Below are positions 9,564 to 18,529 of a stretch of 64,000 bases of DNA, piece after piece. The first letter of the stretch is position 1. Each line of letters starts with the position of its first letter. The notes beneath the pieces are model-generated. The model had not been told where the DNA came from. It did not search any database and worked only from the letters and a program-made list of their open reading frames with translations. This stretch comes from Bacteroidota bacterium. GTDB lineage: Bacteria; Bacteroidota; Bacteroidia; UBA7662. The stretch is taken from assembly GCA_016868875.1 (NCBI GenBank), contig VGFN01000001.1, forward strand, positions 3,150-67,149. The letters run 5' to 3'. The translations under genes were made by a program, and so were the position numbers.

Positions 9564-10628
9564 TCATTTTTGGGAGGATGCCAAACACAAGTTACATAGT
9601 TTGTACAGAATCCTTGCCCCCACGTTGGCATTCCATTCGCGGTCTCCTTTGGAAGGGGCCACTTCGCAGAGGTCAAAGCCAATAATTTCCCTGCCGCTGA
9701 GGTACAATGTCTCCAGCAAATGGATGGCTTGGGCATAGGCAAGGCCGCCGGGTACAGGGGTTCCTGTTCCGGGACAGTTAAAGGGCTCCAAGCCATCGAT
9801 GTCAAAACTTACATAGACCTTGTCCGGTAAATCCTTGATGATGTCCACACAGAGGTTGTTCCAATGTTGGCCGCGGAAGCTGGCGGCCTGCAGATCATGG
9901 TCGAACCATGAGCGGATGCGGTCATCTTCCTGGGCCAATTCCTTCTCGGCAGGGCAATAATCTCGAATCCCCACCTGAACCAAGGAAGTCAACGACGGAA
10001 TCTGCAAAGCATTGAACATGATGGACGCATGGGAATACCTAAAACCTTCGTAGGCTTCTCTCAAATCCATATGCGCATCAATTTGCAAAATCCCGAAAGC
10101 CCCGTGCTTTTCCCCCAAGGCTTGCATCAATCCCAAAGGCGTGGAATGATCTCCTCCCAAAACAGCTACCTTCTGCCCATGCTCCAAGAAGGTCCGTGAT
10201 TGCTCACGAACCCAGTCCAACAAATAACCGCATTTCTCGTTGGCAGTGTCCAAGCCTTCCATCATGGCCTTGGCCTTGGATTCCTCCATGCCCGTCTCCA
10301 ACCAATGCAGGTAGCTCTCAACCCATGGACGTTCGACTTTGGAACGTTGTTGCCAACGCAAGTCGATGGGCAGCATATGCCTGGGCAAATTCCAGGCTTG
10401 GTCCACGGCTGGGTCCTCCAGGTCCAATTGGGGCGATGCGTCCAAGACCGCTTGCGGGCCTTTGCGTGTTCCATCACCGTAGGATACCGTCAGGTCCCAG
10501 GGGACCGGCAGAATGATCAAGGAGGCCTCCTCTGCGGAATACGGCAAACCAAAGAGGTGCTCCCCCTTCTGACCCACGCTGTTGGGATCAGGCGTACTGC
10601 GGTGAACGGAATGCTCCATGGGATTCAA
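9564..10628 (-). CDS. speB: agmatinase (arginase/ureohydrolase family)
   Basis: Binuclear-Mn ureohydrolase motifs GGDHS, DAHMD and SFDIDGLEP. It is the first gene of the polyamine operon. Confidence 0.8.
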   Translation of the reverse strand: MNPMEHSVHRSTPDPNSVGQKGEHLFGLPYSAEEASLIILPVPWDLTVSYGDGTRKGPQAVLDASPQLDLEDPAVDQAWNLPRHMLPIDLRWQQRSKVERPWVESYLHWLETGMEESKAKAMMEGLDTANEKCGYLLDWVREQSRTFLEHGQKVAVLGGDHSTPLGLMQALGEKHGAFGILQIDAHMDLREAYEGFRYSHASIMFNALQIPSLTSLVQVGIRDYCPAEKELAQEDDRIRSWFDHDLQAASFRGQHWNNLCVDIIKDLPDKVYVSFDIDGLEPFNCPGTGTPVPGGLAYAQAIHLLETLYLSGREIIGFDLCEVAPSKGDREWNANVGARILYKLCNLCLASSQK

Positions 10629-10631
10629 TTT

Positions 10632-11729
10632 TCAGACATTGAAACGGAATAACATAATATCCCCGTCTTGCACCAGGTAGGACTTCCCTTCGAGGCCAAC
10701 TTTGCCGGCCTCCCTGCAGGCTGCCCAGGATTCGTACTTCACAAAATCTTCGTAATGAATGACTTCCGCTTTGATAAAACCTTTTTCGAAATCGCTGTGA
10801 ATCGCGCCAGCGGCCTGCGGTGCCAAGGTGCCTTGGGGTATGGTCCAGGCCCGCACCTCTTTCTCGCCTGCTGTGAAATACGTCTGCAAGCGGAGTAGTT
10901 GGTAGGCAGCCCTAAGCAATCGCTCGACGCCGCTGGTTTCGATCCCCGCATCCCGCAGAAAGTCTTGCCGATCTTCGAAGGATTCCAGCTCTGCAATTTC
11001 AGATTCCAATGCCGCGCAAATGATCATGACTTCTGCCCCTTCGGCCAAAGCCATGGCGCGGACCTCTTCGACCATGGGATTTCCTTGGGTCAAGTCATCG
11101 GCCGCAACATTGCATACATACAGAACAGGTTTGGAGGTCAACAGAAACAGATCGTGAATGCCTGCTCTTTCCTCCTCGCTGAGGCCCTGCGCTCTTACCG
11201 ATTCGCCCCTTTCTAAACCGGCTTTGACCTTGAGCAAGGTATCCAAGAGTTGTTTGGCCTCCTTATCCCCCGCTTTGGCCGCGCGTTCGGTTCGGGCAAG
11301 GCGTTTATCCACGGAGTCCAAGTCTTTGAGCTGCAATTCGGTATCAATAATTTCTTTGTCCGACAAAGGGTCAACCCTGCCATGGACATGGACAATGTTC
11401 GGATCGTCGAAGCAGCGCAACACATGCAGAATGGCATCCGTCTCTCGAATATTGGCCAGAAATTGATTGCCTAGGCCCTCGCCTTTGCTGGCTCCCTGCA
11501 CCAAGCCGGCAATGTCCACCATTTCGATGGTGTTGGGGACCAGATTTTGAGGCTTCACCAATTCAGCCAATCGATTCAGACGCTGATCGGGAACGGTGAT
11601 GGTGCCCACGTTGGGCTCGATGGTGCAGAACGGAAAATTGGCCGCTTGAGCCCTTGCATTCGACAAGCAATTGAAGAGAGTCGATTTACCGACATTGGGA
11701 AGACCAACGATACCGCATTGAAGGGCCAT
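10632..11729 (-). CDS. ychF: redox-regulated ATPase YchF (Obg-family GTPase)
   Basis: MALQCGIVGLPNVGKSTLFN P-loop, 365 aa, and a C-terminal TGS domain of YchF size. Confidence 0.95.
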   Translation of the reverse strand: MALQCGIVGLPNVGKSTLFNCLSNARAQAANFPFCTIEPNVGTITVPDQRLNRLAELVKPQNLVPNTIEMVDIAGLVQGASKGEGLGNQFLANIRETDAILHVLRCFDDPNIVHVHGRVDPLSDKEIIDTELQLKDLDSVDKRLARTERAAKAGDKEAKQLLDTLLKVKAGLERGESVRAQGLSEEERAGIHDLFLLTSKPVLYVCNVAADDLTQGNPMVEEVRAMALAEGAEVMIICAALESEIAELESFEDRQDFLRDAGIETSGVERLLRAAYQLLRLQTYFTAGEKEVRAWTIPQGTLAPQAAGAIHSDFEKGFIKAEVIHYEDFVKYESWAACREAGKVGLEGKSYLVQDGDIMLFRFNV

Positions 11730-11793
11730 GGAGTTATTAGATTAGGGAAGGGTGTTGTGACGAACAGGGATGAACTTGATAAGGAATACAATG

Positions 11794-12327
11794 TCAGCGG
11801 TAGCGATCTTTCTCGGAACGGTCCGGATAGAACATGAACAAAGGAAAGGTGAAGCGGCCTGCCCAGACTTGAACACCAGGCCTGTAAAAGGGTAGGACTT
11901 CGTAAACAATTTCAAAATTCAAATGTCGCTTAGGGAGCGGAACTGCCCCGCCCAAGCCCAGGCCCAGGGAACCACGCTTGACGGCGTACGGTCTGGTAAT
12001 GATGCGATTGTACCCAACGTACGGGTGGAGGTAGAGCATTTTGTAGCCAAAATATTTAAGCCCAAAATCGGCGGAGAATTGGTCGTTGGCGTTTTGGTAG
12101 GCTAGGTATTGAAGGCCGACATTGGCATGCCAGGAGCCTGCAATATGGGCATCCCCCTCGAGGCGCGGCCCTACCCCGTTGCTGACTGGCTGACCCTGGT
12201 ACTTGACCTGACCGGCCTGCATCCCCAACGAAAGGAAATCGGCCTTACGCATTTGGGCATAGGTTGAACCTATCAAGGACATCGCCAAGACTAGGACTAT
12301 CCACCTCAAGATTGAATTTTTGATCAC
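11794..12327 (-). CDS. outer-membrane beta-barrel protein (OmpA-like/porin-family beta-barrel domain); proposed GTG start
   Basis: The track ORF is 11794..12381. A GTG at 12325-12327 gives MIKNSILRWIVLVLAMSLIGSTYAQ, a clean signal peptide. The mature part is Gly/Tyr-rich with alternating hydrophobics, like small beta-barrel OMPs. The shorter start also removes an implausible 5' overlap with the divergent ABC transporter gene. Confidence 0.5.
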   Translation of the reverse strand: MIKNSILRWIVLVLAMSLIGSTYAQMRKADFLSLGMQAGQVKYQGQPVSNGVGPRLEGDAHIAGSWHANVGLQYLAYQNANDQFSADFGLKYFGYKMLYLHPYVGYNRIITRPYAVKRGSLGLGLGGAVPLPKRHLNFEIVYEVLPFYRPGVQVWAGRFTFPLFMFYPDRSEKDRYR

Positions 12328-12375
12328 GCACAAAAGTACTCCCCCTGCAGTCAGGGCCGAAGGTTTGAACGAAAT

Positions 12376-14172
12376 TTGCAACCCATGATTTACAAAACCC
12401 TCGTGGGCTATTTCAAGCCCTACGGACCCGCGGTCCTGCTAACCTTTGGTTTGGCGGCCATCAACCAAGTTTTCTCCTTGCTGGATCCCTTTATTCTCCA
12501 AAAAATTATCGACCGAATTGCGGTCGCAGCCAAGGAAGGTCGCCTGCAATCGTGGTCCAACCAGGACTTTTTGGAGGCCTCGGGGCTTTTGGTTCTGGCC
12601 GCTTTGGGGGTGGCCATGGTGAGCCGCATTGCCAAGAACCTGCAGGATTACATGGTCAATCGAATCACCCAGCAGGTCGGGGCCCGCATGTACAGCGATG
12701 GATTGCGGCATGCTTTGAGCCTACCCTACGAAGACTTTGAGGACGCCCGTTCGGGGCAAACCCTCGGCATTCTCCAGAAGGTAAGGGCCGATGTAGAAAA
12801 ATTGGTTTCAGCGGTCATCAATGTCCTGTTTACCTCCTTGGTGGGCATTGTTTTTGTCATGGTGTACGCGTTGAATGTGTACTGGGTCATTGCACCGGTT
12901 TATTTCTTGTCCATTCCCCTATTGGGCGTTTTGAGCTCCTTTTTGAGCCGTAAAATCAAGGCGGTACAGTCCCGAATTGTCAACCAAACAACGGAATTGG
13001 CCGGCGCCACCACCGAATCTCTTCGCAACATCGAACTTATCAAAAGTTTGGGGCTCATCGAACAGGAGGACCATCGTTTACGCGGTGTTACCCAGCGAAT
13101 CCTGGGTTTAGAACTCACCAAAATCAAGTACATGCGAAGCTTGAGTTTTGTGCAGGGGACCTTTGTGAACCTAATGCGCAACCTCATCGTGCTCATGATG
13201 TTGTATTTGATTTTCAAGGACAAAATTTCTCTGGGGCAGTTTTTTTCCTTGTTTATGTACAGTTTTTACATTTTCAATCCGCTACAGGAATGGGGCAATG
13301 TCCTGCAAATTTTTCGCGAAACCGAAATTTCGCTACGCCGTTTTCAAGACCTGATGTCCCGATCACCGGAAGCCCAACCAGCCCAGGCTCAAGCCCTAAA
13401 ATTCATACAATCCATTCAATTCCAAGGTGTTACCTATCGACATCGGAGCGCTGAGCATCCGGCGGTCGAGGACCTGAATCTGCATTTGGAACAAGGACAG
13501 ACCTACGCCTTTGTGGGGCCCAGCGGTAGCGGCAAAACCACCCTTATCAAGCTTCTCCTGGGCCTCTACCAACCGCGTAGCGGAAAGATTCATGTGAACG
13601 GCATTTCTTCCACCGAAATTAACCTCAACGATTTGCGCTTGGCCACGGGTTTGGTTGCCCAGGATACCCAATTGTTCGCGGGGACCATTGGTGACAACCT
13701 ACGCTTTGTCGCCCCTGATGCGGATGACGCCGCCTGCCTAGAGTCCATGAGGCAAGCCTCTTGCACGGCCCTGTTGGAAAGGGCCCCCTCGGGCCTGGAC
13801 ACCACCATTGGCGAAGGAGGGGTCAAGCTCTCTGGGGGCGAGAAACAACGTTTATCAATCGCCCGCGCTTTGTTGCGTCACCCTTCCCTGCTGGTCTTTG
13901 ACGAAGCCACCTCCGCCCTGGATTCTCTAACCGAGGAAGGCATCACGCGTACGCTTCAAGAACTTTCCGGCTGGCGCAAGCATACCGTGATTTTGGTGGC
14001 CCACCGACTGAGCACGGTCATGCATGCCGATCGTATTCACGTAATGGAAAAAGGTCGCATCGTGGAAGCGGGAACCCACGACGAATTGGTCGAAGCCCGA
14101 GGACTGTATTACGCCATGTGGAGGCAACAAATTGGTGAAAGACGAGAGAGCCAGGCTGCGACTCTTGGGTAA
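12376..14172 (+). CDS. ABC transporter ATP-binding protein/permease (type I exporter, MsbA-like half-transporter)
   Basis: 598 aa. Six-helix TMD followed by an NBD with Walker [10 protein letters not shown], signature LSGGEKQR and Walker [13 protein letters not shown]. Confidence 0.9.
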   Translation: MQPMIYKTLVGYFKPYGPAVLLTFGLAAINQVFSLLDPFILQKIIDRIAVAAKEGRLQSWSNQDFLEASGLLVLAALGVAMVSRIAKNLQDYMVNRITQQVGARMYSDGLRHALSLPYEDFEDARSGQTLGILQKVRADVEKLVSAVINVLFTSLVGIVFVMVYALNVYWVIAPVYFLSIPLLGVLSSFLSRKIKAVQSRIVNQTTELAGATTESLRNIELIKSLGLIEQEDHRLRGVTQRILGLELTKIKYMRSLSFVQGTFVNLMRNLIVLMMLYLIFKDKISLGQFFSLFMYSFYIFNPLQEWGNVLQIFRETEISLRRFQDLMSRSPEAQPAQAQALKFIQSIQFQGVTYRHRSAEHPAVEDLNLHLEQGQTYAFVGPSGSGKTTLIKLLLGLYQPRSGKIHVNGISSTEINLNDLRLATGLVAQDTQLFAGTIGDNLRFVAPDADDAACLESMRQASCTALLERAPSGLDTTIGEGGVKLSGGEKQRLSIARALLRHPSLLVFDEATSALDSLTEEGITRTLQELSGWRKHTVILVAHRLSTVMHADRIHVMEKGRIVEAGTHDELVEARGLYYAMWRQQIGERRESQAATLG

Positions 14173-14228
14173 TCCTCCCTTATTTTGGTCCCTCATTACG
14201 AAAAAACACTATAGTCAAAACCTCCAAG

Positions 14229-15461
14229 ATGAAAAAAATCCATGTAGCTCACCCCGTTGTTGAATTGGACGGCGATGAAATGACTCGCGTTATTTGGGCC
14301 GAAATCCGTAACAAGCTCATTCTTCCTTACCTGGAGCTACCCATCGAATACTACGATTTGGGCATGGAGTCCCGCGATGCCACCGATGACCAAATCACGG
14401 TGGATGCCGCCAAAGCCATCCTCAAGCACCGCGTGGGCATTAAATGCGCCACCATTACCCCGGACGAGGCCCGGGTCCAAGAGTTTGGCCTCAAGAAAAT
14501 GTGGAAATCCCCCAACGGGACCATTCGTAATCTATTGGACGGCACCGTGTTCCGCGAACCTATCGTCATTCAAAATATTCCCCGATTGGTACCCAATTGG
14601 ACCGCCCCGATCTGCATTGGTCGCCATGCTTTCGGAGACCAATACCGGGCCACAGACGTGGTAATCCAGGGCAAGGGCAAATTGACCATGCGTTTTGAGG
14701 GTCAGGATGGCCAGGTCCAGGAATGGGAGGTTTACCAATTCCAAGGCAACGGTGTGGCCATGGCCATGTACAATACCGAAGAATCCATTCGAGGCTTTGC
14801 TCGGGCCTGTTTTAACCAGGCTTTGCTCAAAGGTTGGCCCTTGTACTTATCCACCAAAAACACCATTCTCAAACAATACGACGGCCGTTTCAAAGACATC
14901 TTCGAAGAAATCTACCAAACGGAATTCAAACAGCGCATGGATGCCCAAGGCACCATCTATGAACACCGCTTGATTGATGATATGGTGGCTTCGGCCCTCA
15001 AATGGCACGGGGAATTTGTCTGGGCCTGCAAGAACTACGACGGGGATGTCCAATCCGACACCGTCGCTCAGGGTTTTGGTTCGCTGGGTCTGATGACGTC
15101 CACTTTGATCACCCCGGATGGTTTGACCATGGAGGCCGAAGCCGCCCACGGTACCGTAACCCGCCACTACCGCGAGCACCAAAAAGGCCGTCCGACCTCC
15201 ACCAACCCCATCGCTTCTATTTTTGCCTGGACCAGAGGTTTAGTATTTAGGGCCAAAATTGATGGTAATCAGGAACTTGCCACTTTCTGCAACCAGCTAG
15301 AATCGGTTTGCATTGAGGCGGTAGAAGCCGGTGAAATGACCAAGGATTTGGCCGTCTGCATTCACGGTAACCAGGTTCAACACGGTGAACATTACCTCTA
15401 CACGGATGAATTTTTGGGTCGCTTGGATCAACGCCTTCGGGCCAAGCGGCAAAACGACTAA
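14229..15461 (+). CDS. icd: NADP-dependent isocitrate dehydrogenase (eukaryotic-type, subfamily II)
   Basis: 410 aa. The N-terminus ([61 protein letters not shown]) and internal motifs are characteristic of IDH1/2-type enzymes. Confidence 0.9.
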   Translation: MKKIHVAHPVVELDGDEMTRVIWAEIRNKLILPYLELPIEYYDLGMESRDATDDQITVDAAKAILKHRVGIKCATITPDEARVQEFGLKKMWKSPNGTIRNLLDGTVFREPIVIQNIPRLVPNWTAPICIGRHAFGDQYRATDVVIQGKGKLTMRFEGQDGQVQEWEVYQFQGNGVAMAMYNTEESIRGFARACFNQALLKGWPLYLSTKNTILKQYDGRFKDIFEEIYQTEFKQRMDAQGTIYEHRLIDDMVASALKWHGEFVWACKNYDGDVQSDTVAQGFGSLGLMTSTLITPDGLTMEAEAAHGTVTRHYREHQKGRPTSTNPIASIFAWTRGLVFRAKIDGNQELATFCNQLESVCIEAVEAGEMTKDLAVCIHGNQVQHGEHYLYTDEFLGRLDQRLRAKRQND

Positions 15462-15476
15462 TTCCTGTCCGATTTT

Positions 15477-16244
15477 TTAATTTTTCACAAGCAAGGCCTC
15501 TCGACGCATTTGCTCGGATAATTCCGGGCCCAAATGGCGTTCAATGCGTTGATGAACGAGGTAAATCAAAGGCGTCATGGCTATAGCCGCGACCCATTTG
15601 AAGGCATAGTTCAACAAGGCTATTTGCAGAACGCGCTCCAACGGCCAATCGGCACCCAGATAAAAGGCTATATACAGGACCACCACCGAATCAATTCCCT
15701 GGGAAATCATCGTGGATCCAGTGGCCCTCAACCAAAGTTTGCCCTCCCCTGTCAACCGCTTGATGCGCTGGAAAACCCATACATCCACCATTTGACCAAC
15801 CAAGAACGCCGTGATGGAACCTGCAATGATCCAAAGGCCTTGCCCAAAGACAGCACCGTACGCGGTTTGCATGTTCTCTACACCCCGCCCTTGCATGGAC
15901 CCTGGCCAAAAGCCAGCCGGCGGCAAAGCGATGCTCCCATAAACCATCCCAAAGGCATAGAGGATGCACAAAGCCGACAAGGCCGAAAAAATCAAAACCA
16001 CTTTGTGCCCAAAGTATTCATTGATGAGATCCGTCATCACAAAAACCACAGGCCATAACAATACCCCTGCCGTCAGGTTAAACTCAAGGGTATTTCCTTG
16101 ATTATCAATTCCCAAGAGGCTATTGAGGGAGAAGATTTTGACCCCGATGAACTCGGCAAGCAAAGCATTGGTCAAGAAAACAAATCCCAGGACCAGAAAG
16201 AGCCTGATTTTGGGGATGGGCCATGAATCAACCGAGGTCTTCAT
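15477..16244 (-). CDS. yhhQ: queuosine precursor transporter (YhhQ/DUF165 family)
   Basis: 255-aa polytopic membrane protein. Matches the YhhQ size and six-TM pattern with a conserved-looking GxxxD-containing helix. Confidence 0.7.
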   Translation of the reverse strand: MKTSVDSWPIPKIRLFLVLGFVFLTNALLAEFIGVKIFSLNSLLGIDNQGNTLEFNLTAGVLLWPVVFVMTDLINEYFGHKVVLIFSALSALCILYAFGMVYGSIALPPAGFWPGSMQGRGVENMQTAYGAVFGQGLWIIAGSITAFLVGQMVDVWVFQRIKRLTGEGKLWLRATGSTMISQGIDSVVVLYIAFYLGADWPLERVLQIALLNYAFKWVAAIAMTPLIYLVHQRIERHLGPELSEQMRREALLVKN

Positions 16245-16324
16245 CCAAGATTACTTTTGTACATCTGCAAGAGCATGTTGCCTCAAATAACGCCTCAAAC
16301 CAAGTTCTAACCAAAACTTTGACC

Positions 16325-17521
16325 ATGGAAAACTTCACTGTTTACAATCCCGTTCGGCTCAAGTTTGGCCCGGGAACGGTGGATAACGTCGGACAAGATC
16401 TGGCCGAAGAAGGTCATCAATCGGTTTTGATCCTGCTGGGGCAAGGATCGGCTCGTCGAAGCGGCTTGTTGGACCGAATCGAGGCTCAACTGCTCAAGGC
16501 CGGCTTGTCTTGGGAAATTTTCGAAGGGATCCGGCCCAACCCGGTTTACGAAGATGCAGACCGCGCAGTTCAAAGGGCCAAGGCCATGAAGGCGGGTGCT
16601 CTCTTGGCCGTTGGAGGCGGTTCGGTCATTGACACGGCCAAGGCCGTGGCCGCTGGAGTTTATGTGGAGCATTCCGTTTGGGATTTTTATGCGGGGGGAG
16701 CGGCCAAACCCTCCAAGGCCTTGCCGTTGTTCGTTGTATTGACGCTGGCGGCAACGGGGACGGAGATGAACCGAGCCACGGTGTTGCAGAACAATGCGAC
16801 CGGGCAGAAGCGTGGCTGGGGAAACGAGCATCTTTTTCCCAAAATTTCGTACTTGGATCCCCTTCTGACCCATACCGTTCCTGCCCATTACACGGCATAC
16901 GGGGTGGCCGATTTGATGGCCCATACCCTTGAGCAATACTTTTCGCCGGATTTCTCCCCTTTATCCGACGCATTTGCAGTTCAAGTGATTCGAGAGGCCA
17001 TGCATTGGGGTTACAAGGCGGTTCGAAACGGAAACGATGCCGAAGCCAGGCAGCAAGTCCTTTGGCTCTCCACCGTGGCGCTCAACGGCACGCTCATTGC
17101 GGGCAAAAGAAGGGGTGACTTTGGGGTACATTCCGTGGAACACGTGCTGTCGGCCCTCTTCGATATCGCGCACGGTGCCGGGCTATCTGTGGTTTATCCG
17201 GCATGGATTCGTCATTTTGGACCCGCTTTCCTTCCCAAATTGGAGGCCTTGGAGCAGGCTTGTCTGCCCTCCTTATTGGAAATTCCGGAACTCGCCTCTT
17301 TGCTTCAAAATGCTGGTCATGAGGGCTCAACCATACCCTTTGTGAATCTACTGGAGGCCTTTTTTGAAGCGATTGGTACTCCCACCCGTTTAAGCCAAAT
17401 GAATCTTGGCCCCGAGACGCATTCAAGCATTTTGGAAGCCTTGGTCAAGCACAAAGCAACGGGCAATTATTTCGATATTCAAGAACCCGATCATCGTCGC
17501 ATCCTGGCCCTAATGGCTTGA
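16325..17521 (+). CDS. iron-containing (group III) alcohol dehydrogenase
   Basis: Fe-ADH motifs GGGSVIDTAKAVAA and ...HTLEQ...HSVEH.... The track ORF begins at 16223 with 34 residues lacking homology; the first ATG giving the canonical N-terminus MENFTVYNPVRLKFGPG is at 16325. Confidence 0.85.
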   Translation: MENFTVYNPVRLKFGPGTVDNVGQDLAEEGHQSVLILLGQGSARRSGLLDRIEAQLLKAGLSWEIFEGIRPNPVYEDADRAVQRAKAMKAGALLAVGGGSVIDTAKAVAAGVYVEHSVWDFYAGGAAKPSKALPLFVVLTLAATGTEMNRATVLQNNATGQKRGWGNEHLFPKISYLDPLLTHTVPAHYTAYGVADLMAHTLEQYFSPDFSPLSDAFAVQVIREAMHWGYKAVRNGNDAEARQQVLWLSTVALNGTLIAGKRRGDFGVHSVEHVLSALFDIAHGAGLSVVYPAWIRHFGPAFLPKLEALEQACLPSLLEIPELASLLQNAGHEGSTIPFVNLLEAFFEAIGTPTRLSQMNLGPETHSSILEALVKHKATGNYFDIQEPDHRRILALMA

Positions 17522-17571
17522 GCGCACCTAATAGTTTAAGCGCGATAGCAAGGCAAGTACCTCTTTGGCCC

Positions 17572-18441
17572 TTAGTGGTATTTGGAGAAAAGTCCGGTGG
17601 CCATCCATTGAGCTCGGTGCAGGGCCTCCTGGTTGATTTTCAGCTTAATTCCCTTGGATTGCAACAATTGAATCCATAATTCCGAAGGAATATTTCCCAC
17701 CATTTCGTCATTGGCCATCGGGCAACCGCCGTATCCCAACAAGGCCCCTTCGACCCATTCGCATCCACTGTCCAAAGCTGCGAGCATTTTACCTTCTGCG
17801 CGGGATGGATGAGCATGCAAATGCAATCCCAGGCTCAAACCGGGATACTGCTTTCGAACAGCTTGATAAACCGTCTCAATTTCGTGGGGCAAGGCCAAAC
17901 CAACGGTATCACTGAGGGCAATATCTTCTACGCCCATTTCCACCAGATTATGGACCAAACCCAGGACATTCTCTATGGAATAGGGATCGCCATAAGGATT
18001 CCCAAACCCCATGGACAAGTACACCATAAAGTCTTTTCCGGCACCTTCAGCCATGGCGGACCAGGGCCTTATCATAACCAAGGCTTCCTGAATTGACCTG
18101 TGGGTGTTGCGTTGCTGAAAAGTTTCGCTGACCGACAGAGGGAAACCAATCCGATGCACTGCCGAATGAAGCAAGGCATCTGCGTATCCTTGATCGTTGG
18201 CCACCACGACTGAAATGCAGGTCGCTGTCTTGGAATAATCCAACGAGTTGAGCACCGTGGAGCTGTCTTTCATTTGGGGGATAGCCTTGGGGGAAACAAA
18301 GGAACCGGCGTCCAAAACATCGAATCCCACCTCCAGCAAAGCCTGCAAATAAGTTATTTTCTCCTCGGTCGGAACCCAATGCCGCAAACCCTGCATCGCA
18401 TCGCGAGGGCATTCCACCAATTGGTATTGCTTTTGCGTCAT
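17572..18441 (-). CDS. hydroxymethylglutaryl-CoA lyase
   Basis: 289 aa. HMGL-like TIM-barrel motifs VECPRDAMQG, DTVGLALP and HLHAHPSRAEG. Confidence 0.85.
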   Translation of the reverse strand: MTQKQYQLVECPRDAMQGLRHWVPTEEKITYLQALLEVGFDVLDAGSFVSPKAIPQMKDSSTVLNSLDYSKTATCISVVVANDQGYADALLHSAVHRIGFPLSVSETFQQRNTHRSIQEALVMIRPWSAMAEGAGKDFMVYLSMGFGNPYGDPYSIENVLGLVHNLVEMGVEDIALSDTVGLALPHEIETVYQAVRKQYPGLSLGLHLHAHPSRAEGKMLAALDSGCEWVEGALLGYGGCPMANDEMVGNIPSELWIQLLQSKGIKLKINQEALHRAQWMATGLFSKYH

Positions 18442-18529
18442 TCCTTTGTTTTGGAGGGCCTTGCTATGGGAATTGTCCTGCTTAGACCTTTAATTTGCAG
18501 GCCCTAAAGTACACCTTAGCACCGCAGAG

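Noticed and set aside
16223-16324. 34-codon N-terminal extension of the Fe-alcohol dehydrogenase ORF
   Set aside because: The conserved Fe-ADH N-terminus starts at the ATG at 16325. The extension would overlap the divergent yhhQ-like gene start and has no homology.
17522-17571. Possible convergent terminator between the Fe-ADH and HMG-CoA lyase genes (GCGC...GCGCG)
   Set aside because: The stem is only 4-5 bp with a long loop and no T-run, which is not convincing.
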